Position numbers and translations under genes: made by a program
Shown: positions 17,001-25,825 of the stretch, in pieces
How positions within the stretch are numbered: position 1 is the first letter of the stretch
Layout of the letters: each line of letters opens with the position of its first letter
Notes under the pieces: generated by a model
What the model was told of the DNA's origin: nothing
Databases searched by the model: none
Seen by the model: the letters and a program-made list of their open reading frames with translations, nothing else
Assembly: GCA_964371945.1 (NCBI GenBank)
Contig: CAYJPA010000003.1
Location: 29,179 to 93,178, forward strand
Reading direction: 5' to 3'
Length of the DNA: 64,000 bases
Source of the DNA: an uncultured Sphaerobacteraceae bacterium
GTDB taxonomy: Bacteria > Chloroflexota > Chloroflexia > Thermomicrobiales > UBA6265

Positions 17001-18563
17001 CGGCCACTCAGGAATCGTTTTCTGGGCCGCGATCTCGAGCTCATCGGTTTGCGGATGCCAGAGCTCAACGGCTGTGCATTCAATGCCCGCGACCCCGAGC
17101 GTGGATTCGGCGATCTCAGCGAGGACCGCATACAGATCGAGACTGGACGTCGCCGCTCGGGTGACCTTGAGCAAAACCTCCCGCTCGTTAACCGTGCGCC
17201 GGGTCTGATCAAGCAATCTGGTGTTCTGAATTGCCAGGCTTCCTTCCTGGACCACCGCCGAGGCCGTGAAGACATCATCAGGTGAAAAACCGCGGCGATG
17301 GTTCGGCGCCCAAACCTCAACGTGCCCGAGCACTTCGAGCTCGGTCACCATCGGCGCCACGAGAACCTCGAGTTTGCCCGCGGCCAGCCAAGACCGGCGC
17401 AGGTCGTCCGGCAACAATGGGTCATCGACGGTCAAGGTGAATGGATTCCGTGCGGAATCCGCGTCAGCGATCCTCAATTCGAAAAACGGATGTTTTTTCG
17501 CCTCGAACGTCAATGCCGCTTCCAATTCGCCCCGGTCGACTCGCACGGCGACTCCTCCCCAGGATCGGAGGACAACATCGGCATGTGTGCGATCGAGCGC
17601 TTTGGCCGTCGCAATGCCGATATGGCGCAACAATGAGTCGACGTTTTCCGCGGCGACAATCGCCGTAGAGAGATCGACGACCGCATGGAGGCGGTCGCGT
17701 TCGCGCGTACGCTCGGCCAGGCGATCGGTCAGGCGCGCACTTCCGTTGAATCGATACACGATCAACGCCCAGAGCGCACCGATGGAGACAATGATGACCC
17801 AGTTGATGCCGGGATCAAGCGCGGCGCGGATCGCAAGGCCAGCCTCAGCTGTGACCGAAAGCGCGGAGACCGAAGCCAACCGGCGCAACGAGCGTGCGCC
17901 AGGGTCACCCAAAGGCTCGTTGAGCACAACGGCTCCGCGGCCGTTCAAGCGGGCCGCCAATGCGACGGCAGCGAAAGCTGCCGCCCACGTAAGCAAATAG
18001 GACGAGGATGTCGTTTCGGGCAACTGATGGCTCAAGCGAGCATGGAGCGCAAAGACGAATGCCGGAGCAGCAAAAACCGTGAGGATGGCCGCAATGGGCA
18101 GTCGATCCTGACGACGTGAGAACCAGACCAATCCGACCGCACTCAGAGGAATCAGACCTGCCCCGCAGATCTGTCCAATGAACGTTAGGATCGGGTCGAA
18201 CGAATCGATCTCCACGCGTATCAACGGTTTGACAACTAATTCGACAACACCAGTGACGGAGACGACGCCGATCATCAAGCCGTCGAGAAGCATTGCTTGA
18301 GTGAGCGATCTCCGGCGCCCGATCGAAATCAATGCAAGCAGACAACACCCAACAAGCCCGGCATAACCAGCGAGGAGTGCCCACGCTATGTTCTGCGAGA
18401 AGCGCAAGTCGATCAGCAGGCTGAGCGTGGCTCCGGTTGCCCACGTGAAACAACCGATCCCCAGCCATTTCCAGGCCGATCGAAGTCCCGTATCGCTTTC
18501 GTGATTGCACAGACAAAGGCCGCCGGCCAGGCCTGCGAAGATTGCGACAACTGCCAAACCCAT
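14061..18563 (-). CDS. Membrane-anchored multi-GAF diguanylate cyclase (about 8 TM, 6 GAF, GGDEF)
   Basis: Hydrophobic N-terminal roughly 290 aa. Five near-periodic linker/GAF starts (LL..R......LL.VSRAATSSLDL) plus one more divergent GAF. The C-terminal DGC domain has RYGGDEFMLILP (nt 14371..14405). Confidence 0.9.
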   Translation of the reverse strand: MGLAVVAIFAGLAGGLCLCNHESDTGLRSAWKWLGIGCFTWATGATLSLLIDLRFSQNIAWALLAGYAGLVGCCLLALISIGRRRSLTQAMLLDGLMIGVVSVTGVVELVVKPLIRVEIDSFDPILTFIGQICGAGLIPLSAVGLVWFSRRQDRLPIAAILTVFAAPAFVFALHARLSHQLPETTSSSYLLTWAAAFAAVALAARLNGRGAVVLNEPLGDPGARSLRRLASVSALSVTAEAGLAIRAALDPGINWVIIVSIGALWALIVYRFNGSARLTDRLAERTRERDRLHAVVDLSTAIVAAENVDSLLRHIGIATAKALDRTHADVVLRSWGGVAVRVDRGELEAALTFEAKKHPFFELRIADADSARNPFTLTVDDPLLPDDLRRSWLAAGKLEVLVAPMVTELEVLGHVEVWAPNHRRGFSPDDVFTASAVVQEGSLAIQNTRLLDQTRRTVNEREVLLKVTRAATSSLDLYAVLAEIAESTLGVAGIECTAVELWHPQTDELEIAAQKTIPEWPGVDEPGTRYAVGYWVRERELLANRSPIRFDVLDPELDEASRTRMVDAGTGSMLVFPLWVGEQCLGILDVFSRQVDAFDEETQRLGSEIAAQTALAIRNAQLLQSEHNRAMEWSILHQVSRAATSSLDVRQVLAEIASASMTIPGAECCTIALWDEAEREFEVLADIAVDGWDCEDDVGTRYSDSEWSFDLEMLRNRTPVVVERDDPQLNEFNRQKLQEFGIESLAVVPIIRHDKEVGIFYLSSRRLRALGQDALRLGREIASQTALAIHNARLLEAERERGNDWAILHRVSRAAVSSLDKQIVLNEVARACLNIPGTDCCTIFSLDMALQEMIVEADIAVPDWPGLVEPGTRFPLVPGAAEFRAISGRTPVIVEADDPDLIQADRDVMAEYGMASIVIVPVWLSNEDTGVIYFASREPGAFDDKALNLGTEIGTQVALALNNARLLEVERRRSEERSVLLRVSQAATSSLDLSTVLTDIAQASRDVAGVDTCDIKLWQPGAEPTHVNHGIRPLDSEPVPGLSPLTRGLSTRGGVVFHFDDDHIPDRCRREMEQVQARAMAQFPLWIGNNAVGTLLFYSTSGDSFSESTLRIGGEIALQTALAIQNAQLLEESRRYAEEQSALLRVSRAVATSIDLRDVMNEVALASLAIAGAECCEIELFDPAEDETEVVAVHSLPTWTNGMTELGKRFRLCDWPLTRQVIESRTAVIVDPESKALTEIERVFLLGERQQSTLFIPMVVGERCLGVVGCYAAAQNAFSSESIRLGADLASQGAIAIERIRMHSALKEQANTDGLTGVLNHRAIQERLDVELNRAQRLDQTVAVMMVDLNRFKHVNDTHGHQIGDRVLQRVAQLLKSNVREYDEVGRYGGDEFMLILPDAGTVEAIDVGDRILSAATRLNVVETDSDMAIGLAIGVAVYPIQATTRQELIDLADHGMYESKRQWHGPADDEPPAVSAMGDLSRLPIVIAKRTTATIALGG

Positions 18564-18826
18564 AGTCTGAGGCTTGCCTATTCCCGAACTTCAAAACGGG
18601 CACTCGAGTTGGCCCAGCAGAGATCCGAGACTCGTTATTCGGCTTCCATCGGTTGCCAAAGTCCGGAAGCCGATTTCGTTGAGGTTGGGACGATTGCCTC
18701 CCACTCAGCCTATGTGCGGGCTGGAAGAACGGCTATGGGAGCATCATCCCAATGGCCCGGTACAGCGTGACGTGAACGGTCTAGCCTGATCGTGCCAGCC
18801 CGAACTGGACGATCGCTCTTCTAATG

Positions 18827-18863
18827 CAAAAGGCGTAAGGGCGACCCAAATCGCCCTTACGCC
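18827..18863 (-). terminator. Intrinsic terminator downstream of 18895..19422
   Basis: Perfect 13-bp stem ggcgtaagggcga/tcgcccttacgcc (18832..18844 and 18851..18863) with a 6-nt loop, followed on the minus strand by TTTT. Confidence 0.7.
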
Positions 18864-18894
18864 TATCCAGCCGCTTGGTTATGAAGAACTGCAG

Positions 18895-19422
18895 CTACTG
18901 CAGTTCGTATGTGAACTCAATCTCCTCTTCGGAAAGCACCCGCACGGTCAATTCTCCGGTCACGCCAACATAGACGCCCGTGCCTCCGGTGATCGTCAGT
19001 GCGGAGGCGCCTTCGTTTAGGTAAGGACCCTGGACCATGATTTGCCCGTCGCCGAGTGTCAATGTCCAGGAGCACTCGTACGCGTCGCCCGGGCGAGTCA
19101 GGACACACCAGCCTTGATCGGTGCCGGCCAGCGTAGTGTTGGTCTCGTCATAGACTTCGTTCGCAAACGCCAAAACGTCTCCTAGTGACTCGCCATCGGG
19201 ACCGAGATCGATCGTTGTGTCGCTTGTCGCCCGCTCGACAAAGACCAGTGTCACGCCGTTACTTGGTTCGGGGAGCGGAGTGCCCACGGTTTGGGGCTCC
19301 ACTGCTATTGGGGTCGAGTCGCCGATCGGCGTTGCGTCTTGGGCAAACACGCCGGATCGGATGCCGTATCCGGCGACGGCCAACACTACGAGCAACATCC
19401 CGGCAGTAATAAACCTGCGCAT
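18895..19422 (-). CDS. Secreted hypothetical protein, possibly dirigent/allene-oxide-cyclase-like beta-barrel
   Basis: Signal peptide MRRFITAGMLLVVLAVAG, GGAGG SD. ITGGTGVYVGVTGE resembles the dirigent/AOC-barrel GTG.Y.G..G motif. The function call is tentative. Confidence 0.6.
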   Translation of the reverse strand: MRRFITAGMLLVVLAVAGYGIRSGVFAQDATPIGDSTPIAVEPQTVGTPLPEPSNGVTLVFVERATSDTTIDLGPDGESLGDVLAFANEVYDETNTTLAGTDQGWCVLTRPGDAYECSWTLTLGDGQIMVQGPYLNEGASALTITGGTGVYVGVTGELTVRVLSEEEIEFTYELQ

Positions 19423-19572
19423 TCTTGTTCCTCCTGAGTTAGGGAACTGGTATCGAGGGCATCTGATCCCGGCTGGATTGATGCCAGCACGTTTCGGACC
19501 TGCAGGAATTGGGCCCGCGTGCCCAACCCTGGTAACGCACCCTCAGTGGATCGGTTTCGGTTGATTAGGTGA

Positions 19573-19887
19573 TCAAAACTGCAAAAAGGCAATGATCTCG
19601 GCTTCAAGCGCCTCGGTATCGACCATATCGGCGAGCGCGGGACCGAGATTCTCGCGAAGATAAACGCCGGTTTCACCGGCCGCGAGACCCGAAAGCCTTT
19701 CTCGCAGAATTGTCTGGTCGATACTGCCTTGTTCTTCAAGCATCGAGGCCAGTGCTCTGAGTCTGAGTTGCGACATCGTAAGTTGAGCGGCAAGGTGGGC
19801 AATGGTTCTTGCCAGCATCTCAGCCCACTCCTCGCTTGAGTGAGCCCGAGGCGGCGGACTTGCCGGAGGCATCCAGTTCCGTTCCAT
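19573..19887 (-). CDS. Hypothetical small helical protein
   Basis: ORF 19573..19947, with likely start ATG 19887 (MERNWMPP...). No recognisable domain. Coding status is uncertain. Confidence 0.35.
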   Translation of the reverse strand: MERNWMPPASPPPRAHSSEEWAEMLARTIAHLAAQLTMSQLRLRALASMLEEQGSIDQTILRERLSGLAAGETGVYLRENLGPALADMVDTEALEAEIIAFLQF

Positions 19888-20147
19888 TGATGACCGTTCC
19901 TCGAAACGAGCGCGCCGTTCATACCGTGCAGTCGAGTATACGCACACACGGAGGCGTGAATAGATGAGCGAATGCCGGCCGCTCGACTACAATCTGTTCC
20001 AAAGAGACACAGAGCCTGTCGGCATTTGCGGCGAGCATCCAGCTCGAGCCGGCAATAAGCAGCAGTTGCCGGCAAGTGCCTCGAACCGAGCCCGCACGGA
20101 TTCGAGCAGCTTCTTCCTTCGGGTTGACAAGATGTTGGAGTAGAAAC

Positions 20148-21173
20148 GTGTTTAACATCACCAAGCGCCCCGAGATTCATCAATCGGCCCTGGCTTCGTT
20201 TGCACTCCTCTTGATCGGCGGAATTTTACTGACGACGCCGATCGCCGGACTCGCGGCGCTGCCCGCAAATCAAAGCGATGTGACGTGCACGACGCCCGAT
20301 CTCGTGGAGTTCCCATCGGCGCCCCTCGATGTCGCGACACCGATCGGAACGCCGGGGGCGATACCGCTGGCTAGTCCCGTGGCAAGTCCAAGCGGGTTTC
20401 CAGTCCAAACTTCTCCCAATCTTAGGCTTCAAACTCAAATCGAAACCCTTGTTCGTATCATCGCGGAATGCCAGTCGCGCAAAAGCGTCAAGACACTGGT
20501 CAACTTGGTGACAGAGCGTTTCCTGGGAGACATGTACGCGGGCGGCGGACGAATCACGAAGGATCAGTTCGTCGCGCTTGGCCCAGAGTTGCCACGGCTC
20601 CCTGTCGAGATTCTTTCCGTCCAGAACGTACTGAGCGGTGAAAACGGAAGCGTCACAGCAGAGATCGAGTCAATCGTCAGTCATCAACTCTTCAATGCGC
20701 GCTGGTCGTTTTCGTTTAGCTTGTCATCGGAAGGCGATGATACCGGCGATGAACCCCGACTTGGCTCGTGGCTCGCGACGGGAGTCGCGGCACTCCCCGT
20801 GGAGATTCCAGACGATGCCAACGTGACCAGAGTCAATGTTGATGAGTATCGCTACGATCCGAAAAGTCTTCGCGTGAACGGTCCGAACATCGTCATTTCA
20901 GTCACCAATGAGGGGGACTTGGATCACGAGGTGCTTGTCCTCCAACTCGATGACGGCGTGACCACGGACAAGTTACTGAGTGAGCCCGGTTCCGCGCTGC
21001 CGCTGGGATTCAGGGTCATTGGTCAGCTGACGATTCCCGCGGGCGAACGAGGTCAACTCGTTTTGATCAATATGAAACGTGGGGAGTACACACTCGTCGA
21101 CCTTCTACCTGATTCCAATGGAACGCCTCACCTTGCGCGAGGTATGAAAGCGACGTTGACGATCGTCAGGTAG
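20148..21173 (+). CDS. Secreted NTF2-like + cupredoxin-like domain protein (Asp in place of the Cys ligand)
   Basis: GTG 20148 is preceded by GGAG. TM/signal segment ALASFALLLIGGILLTTPIAG. C-terminal DHEVLVLQL ... LVDLLPDSNGTPHLARGMKATLTIV. Paralog of 21350..22354. Confidence 0.7.
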   Translation: MFNITKRPEIHQSALASFALLLIGGILLTTPIAGLAALPANQSDVTCTTPDLVEFPSAPLDVATPIGTPGAIPLASPVASPSGFPVQTSPNLRLQTQIETLVRIIAECQSRKSVKTLVNLVTERFLGDMYAGGGRITKDQFVALGPELPRLPVEILSVQNVLSGENGSVTAEIESIVSHQLFNARWSFSFSLSSEGDDTGDEPRLGSWLATGVAALPVEIPDDANVTRVNVDEYRYDPKSLRVNGPNIVISVTNEGDLDHEVLVLQLDDGVTTDKLLSEPGSALPLGFRVIGQLTIPAGERGQLVLINMKRGEYTLVDLLPDSNGTPHLARGMKATLTIVR

Positions 21174-21349
21174 GTCGAACATCGCCGGTTTCGACCGGAT
21201 TCGGGGTTCGCTGTGCCGTTAGCCCAGGTAATTTCGAGAAATTTGGCACGTAGATGCTGACGATCTGCTCGCACTACGGTACACTCTCTCCTCACACACT
21301 CCTAAATAGGGCGGGAATGACGTTGAGTATCAAGGGAGGAACGACAACG

Positions 21350-22354
21350 ATGTCGAAAGACGTGAGAAACAGCTTGTCCATGCCATCGAGCTGGAAAGCA
21401 CTTGCTTGCTCAGTGGCCGCACTTCTGGCGGTCGGTTTCACCACGACAGCTCCGGTCAGTGCGCAAGACGCAACTCCGGAAGTGGTCGGCGAATGCGTGG
21501 CGCCGGCCCTGCCACCGGGTGCGCCAACGGATCCAATGGCCAGCCCGGTCGCCGAAGACATGGCCAGCATGGATATGGCGGCCGGCGAGGCGGCAACGCC
21601 TGAGGCCGAGGATCCTGGAACCGCGGCGGAAGGTGAGCAGGCCGACGCGATCCTGGCAGCAGCCTGGAATGCCGCGAATTGCGTCAATAGCGGCAACACC
21701 GAGGGCCTCATTGCTCTCATGACCGCGGACTTCTTGCTGAATGAGTTTGGACTCACCAATCCGTACGACGCGCTCGAGTTCATGACCGGCTTTATGGTCG
21801 TCGAGTTCGAAGCCTCGAACCCGATGGTTTATACCGACGGTTCAGTCAGCGCGGACGTCGAATACTGGGGAAGCCAGTACCAGCTAACAGGCGAAACCTG
21901 GTTCATGGTTCAGGACGGCGATTACTGGAAGATCAACTCGTTCGACATCTACACGCCTGATTTCGAAGGCGATGCGGCCATCGTTGGAGTCAACCTGGTC
22001 GGACCCAACGAAGACGGCACCCACGCAATCGAGCCTTTCCGACCGTCTATTGCCCAAATCGAAGTTCTGATCTTGCATGCCGTCAACTCGGGAACAGAAG
22101 ACCATGAGCTCGTGGTCGTCCGGCTGCCTGAAGGCGCCGATCCGATGGGCTTGCTCGACGAATCCGTCGCGGAGAGCGATATCGAGTTCATTGGTCAGGT
22201 TACGGTTGGAGTTGGCGAGGAGGCGGATTTGGTCCTCATCGGTCTGGAGCCCGGCGTCTACACGTTCGTCTGCTTCTTCCCGAGTGCCGAGGACGGCGTG
22301 CCGCATATTGCCAAGGGAATGGTTGCTCAATTCGAGGTAACGGCGCCAGCGTAG
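21350..22354 (+). CDS. Secreted NTF2-like + cupredoxin-like domain protein (His/Cys/His/Met pattern present)
   Basis: GGGAGG SD before ATG 21350. Signal peptide ending VSAQDATPE. C-terminal DHELVVVRL ... FVCFFPSAEDGVPHIAKGMVAQFEV. Confidence 0.75.
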   Translation: MSKDVRNSLSMPSSWKALACSVAALLAVGFTTTAPVSAQDATPEVVGECVAPALPPGAPTDPMASPVAEDMASMDMAAGEAATPEAEDPGTAAEGEQADAILAAAWNAANCVNSGNTEGLIALMTADFLLNEFGLTNPYDALEFMTGFMVVEFEASNPMVYTDGSVSADVEYWGSQYQLTGETWFMVQDGDYWKINSFDIYTPDFEGDAAIVGVNLVGPNEDGTHAIEPFRPSIAQIEVLILHAVNSGTEDHELVVVRLPEGADPMGLLDESVAESDIEFIGQVTVGVGEEADLVLIGLEPGVYTFVCFFPSAEDGVPHIAKGMVAQFEVTAPA

Positions 22355-22436
22355 TCGCTGATTCTCACCGGCCCAGACGCGTGCCTGGGCCGGTAGCTCG
22401 CAATGTCGCAGCAAACAGAAAGAAGGAGTAGAGTCA

Positions 22437-24320
22437 ATGGCAGAGCAAAAGGGTCCATTCTGGAGCGTTTATCAGGAGCTCAAGAGTGGCAAGATCTCCC
22501 GCCGGGATTTCATTCAGAAGGCCTCCGCACTCGGCGTCGGATTGCCGATCACGATGTTCGTTCTCAATGCGATCAAGGCTGAAGGCGTCGATGCGGCGCC
22601 TAAAAGTGCTGTCGGCGGGTTCACCGGTCTCGGTCAGGCCGGCACGGGAGCACCTGACTCCGGCACCGAGGGTCAGACACGCGGCGCCGGCGGCGAGCTC
22701 AAGTTGATCCAATGGCAGGCTGCCACGCACCTCAGTTTGCACCAGTCGACTGGAACCAAGGACACATTGGCCGCGTCCCTCGTGACCGAACCGCTCCTGC
22801 ACTTCCTTCCAGACGGCACACTCATTCCGAACTTGATAAAGGAAATTCCATCGAAGGAGAACGGGCTGCTTGCCGAGGATCAGTCCAGCGTGACCTACAA
22901 CCTGCTCGAAGGCGTACTCTGGAACGATGGTCAGCCCTTCACCTCCGCCGATGTCAAATTCACTTGGGAATGGATTATCAATCCGGAAAATACGTCGATC
23001 AACCAGACCACGTACGCCGTCATTGCCAGCATTGACACTCCGGATGACTTGACGGTCAAGATCAACTTCACGTCGCCAGTGCTGTCTTGGTACGTTCCAT
23101 TCGCCGGCTCCACCTACGGAGCAATTTATCCAAAGCACGTGCTCGAGGGCGGTGTTGAGAAGCATGATGCGTTCCGAGTTGCTCCGACTGGAACCGGACC
23201 GTACAAAGTAGACTCGTTCAAGGAAAATGACCAGGTCATTTACTCGATCAACGAGCATTATCGGGAGCCGAACAAGCCATTCTTCGCCACGGTCAATCTC
23301 AAAGGCGGTGGCGATGCGGCCTCGGCGGCGCAGGCCGTTCTCCAGACGGGGGACTGGGACTACGCCTGGAACCTTCAGGTCGAGCAATCCATTCTCGAGC
23401 AGATGGAAGCCGAGGGCGGCAAGGGCAAACTCGTCGTCATCCCGGGAACCTCGGTCGAGCGGGTTCTGATCAACTTCTCTGACCCGAACACAGAGGTCAA
23501 CGGAGAACGAGCACAAAAGGACACGCCGCACCCATTCCTTACCGATCTTGCAGTCCGGCAGGCTCTTGCACTTGGCGCCGACCGGGCCACAATGGCCACT
23601 GAGTTCTATGCCGGCGAGCCGGGCGAGCCGCCGGGCCGGAATATCCTGACCGGGATTCCGAAAGTCGAGTCTCCGAACACGACCTGGGAATTCAACATCG
23701 AAAAGGCAAAGCAAACCCTTGACGCTGCTGGTTGGGTCATGGACGGCGACGTTCGCAAGAAGGACGGAGTCGAGCTCAGCGTATCCTATGCAACCACCAT
23801 CAATGCGGTGCGCCAGAAGGAACAAGCCGTGAACAAGCAGGCTTGGGAAGAAATTGGCTTCAAGGTCCAGCTTCGCCAGGTCGACGCCGGCATCTTCTTC
23901 GACAGCTCGGCTGGCAATGACCAGAATGCGTCGCACTTCTACACGGACCTCGAGATGTACACCAACAACGCTTCCTCCGAATTCCCGCTCAGCTACATGC
24001 AGAGCTGGTACGCGGGACCCGATGGCGTCAACATCAACCAGAGGGCCAATGGTTGGGCCATGATGAACGAGTCCCGCTATAACAACCCTGAGTACGACGC
24101 GCTGTATGATGCCGCCGTTCTCGAGGTCGACGCCGAAAAGGCGGCTGAGCTCTTCATCAAGATGAACGACATCGTGATCAACGATGTCGTGGTCATTCCG
24201 CTCGTGCAGCGCGCGGCCGACAAGTACGCGATCATCAACACGTTGAATGACGCCAACGTCGCAGTCAGCTTCTATGAAGTCAACTACTGGAACATCGCGA
24301 ACTGGAATCGCGTCTCTTAG
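22437..24320 (+). CDS. ABC transporter substrate-binding protein, family 5 (peptide/nickel type), Tat signal
   Basis: The SRRDFIQKASALGVGLP twin-arginine motif and WNDGQPFTSADVKFTWEW are typical of SBP_bac_5. No cognate permease or ATPase is adjacent. Confidence 0.9.
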   Translation: MAEQKGPFWSVYQELKSGKISRRDFIQKASALGVGLPITMFVLNAIKAEGVDAAPKSAVGGFTGLGQAGTGAPDSGTEGQTRGAGGELKLIQWQAATHLSLHQSTGTKDTLAASLVTEPLLHFLPDGTLIPNLIKEIPSKENGLLAEDQSSVTYNLLEGVLWNDGQPFTSADVKFTWEWIINPENTSINQTTYAVIASIDTPDDLTVKINFTSPVLSWYVPFAGSTYGAIYPKHVLEGGVEKHDAFRVAPTGTGPYKVDSFKENDQVIYSINEHYREPNKPFFATVNLKGGGDAASAAQAVLQTGDWDYAWNLQVEQSILEQMEAEGGKGKLVVIPGTSVERVLINFSDPNTEVNGERAQKDTPHPFLTDLAVRQALALGADRATMATEFYAGEPGEPPGRNILTGIPKVESPNTTWEFNIEKAKQTLDAAGWVMDGDVRKKDGVELSVSYATTINAVRQKEQAVNKQAWEEIGFKVQLRQVDAGIFFDSSAGNDQNASHFYTDLEMYTNNASSEFPLSYMQSWYAGPDGVNINQRANGWAMMNESRYNNPEYDALYDAAVLEVDAEKAAELFIKMNDIVINDVVVIPLVQRAADKYAIINTLNDANVAVSFYEVNYWNIANWNRVS

Positions 24321-25218
24321 TAGCGGACAGACCGCACGAGCTCAACGTCGCAACGAGGGCCGGAATCGTCCGGCCCTCGTTTTCTTGTCCGAACGGCGGA
24401 AGTTCGGTCGACGGATTACGCCAGAGATAACGGCTGATCGTGCAATAGGGCTTGAAGCCGAGCCGGCGATACACCGGTTCGCCAACGTCCGTCGAGAAAA
24501 GAACACCCCAACGGTACCCCTCGCTTCGCATCAGCCGCAATCCGGCTTCGGTGATGGCGCCTCCGATACCTTGCCGCCTTGCACTCGGCGTCGTCGCGAC
24601 GGCAAAAACGCTGGCAACGCCGGCGACTCCGATCACACCGGCGACCGCAACCGGCCCGTCCGCCAAATAGGCCGTCAATAGACGCCACTTCGCGCGTTCG
24701 ATGCCGGCTTGCGACGTGGCGTCAACCCACGCCTGTCCCGCGAATTCCGGAACTTCCATACCCGCCACGAATGCCGGCTTCCAGTCGAGCAATTCGCCCA
24801 GTGTTTTCACCACCTCGATCCTGAGGTTTGAAGGGATGGCCACGTTGTTCGTCATGCGATCGATCTCGATCGCCATCCCAGGCGCCTCGAGGTGCCACGG
24901 CTCGACCCCATGGGCGACGAGTCTCGGTCCAAGATCATGCGGCCGAGATTCAGGTCGAAGCCACCAAAACGCAAATGGGGCTCCAGAATCGGCAAGTTTC
25001 GACTTGACCTGCTTGATCGCGTCATCAATTTCATGATCAGCAAGATTGAACCTCATCGCACCCGTGAACATCGGCGAAACGACCGGAGTGGTATACCAGG
25101 TGACGTTGTGCGCACGGTAAAACACCGCGCCGGGCACATCGGCCATGGAGTCGAGCAAACCATGCGGATGATCCACAATCGCGTGCAGAAGTTCTGCTTC
25201 AGTTGGTTTGATGAGCAT
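24280..25218 (-). CDS. GNAT family N-acetyltransferase
   Basis: VFAVATTPSARRQGIGGAITEAGLRLMRSEGYRWGVLFSTDVGEPVYRRLGFKP (acetyl-CoA binding R-x-x-G-x-G). The 3' tail overlaps the SBP gene end and its terminator. Confidence 0.8.
   Translation of the reverse strand: MLIKPTEAELLHAIVDHPHGLLDSMADVPGAVFYRAHNVTWYTTPVVSPMFTGAMRFNLADHEIDDAIKQVKSKLADSGAPFAFWWLRPESRPHDLGPRLVAHGVEPWHLEAPGMAIEIDRMTNNVAIPSNLRIEVVKTLGELLDWKPAFVAGMEVPEFAGQAWVDATSQAGIERAKWRLLTAYLADGPVAVAGVIGVAGVASVFAVATTPSARRQGIGGAITEAGLRLMRSEGYRWGVLFSTDVGEPVYRRLGFKPYCTISRYLWRNPSTELPPFGQENEGRTIPALVATLSSCGLSATKRRDSSSRCSSS
24353..24386 (+). terminator. Intrinsic terminator after the SBP gene
   Basis: 12-bp stem acgagggccgga/tccggccctcgt with loop atcg, followed by TTTCTTG. 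Confidence 0.65.
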
Positions 25219-25343
25219 GGAACACCCTCCAAAAATATCGATGAATACGTTACGATCACCCGCATCGAGCGGATCAGCTTCTGACTCGCCGGGAATTTTT
25301 GATGTCGCCTATGACAAATAGTGTTGCAACTGGAGAAGTGCGA

Positions 25344-25793
25344 ATGACTATCCATGCAGTTGATTCGGGCCCAATATCACCAACAGACGAAGAACTCCCG
25401 CTGCTAGAGCAACTGAGAAGACTCGTGAACGAGACCGCCGCCCGGGATCTTCATTTGATTGGACGGCATGGTCGCGATGTGGCACTAACCGAATCGGTTC
25501 ATGCCTTGTTACAGGCTGGACTTGAATCGTTGGCTAACGACCATGGAGTAAAGGTCCATCGCCTTTTCGACGAGATTAGTGTTTGTGATGCCGCAACGCA
25601 AATGGGAGTCTCTATTCGCCTGTTTGAACGAATTCTCGACCATCGATCTATTTCTCGAATCGAAAGAGCTCACGAATCCTACATCTCGTTTGCGGACTAT
25701 TCCAAAATGGAAGGCGCTCACCAGGCTCTTGATTTTCTGTCGCAGCAAGGTCAGGACATCGAAGCACTTTTGGATGCAATCCAACCAGAATAG
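25344..25793 (+). CDS. HTH (excisionase/MerR-like) putative antitoxin
   Basis: GGAGAAG SD before ATG 25344. ISVCDAATQMGVSIRLFERIL is an HTH-like segment. Lies immediately upstream of the PIN gene. Confidence 0.6.
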   Translation: MTIHAVDSGPISPTDEELPLLEQLRRLVNETAARDLHLIGRHGRDVALTESVHALLQAGLESLANDHGVKVHRLFDEISVCDAATQMGVSIRLFERILDHRSISRIERAHESYISFADYSKMEGAHQALDFLSQQGQDIEALLDAIQPE

Positions 25794-25825
25794 GCTCGGG
25801 TGAATGGCACGCCCAGGAGATTCAA

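Noticed and set aside
18564-18826. Possible riboswitch or structured leader upstream of the multi-GAF diguanylate cyclase, including the hairpin cggcttcc-N17-ggaagccg.
   Set aside because: I could not recognise any known riboswitch core (e.g. c-di-GMP-I/II). A single short hairpin is not evidence. It needs an Infernal/Rfam scan.
19386-20183. 265-aa ORF spanning the intergenic region between the secreted-protein genes.
   Set aside because: It is Cys/Arg/Ser-rich with no domains. It overlaps the more plausible small ORF 19573..19887 and the promoter region of 20148..21173.
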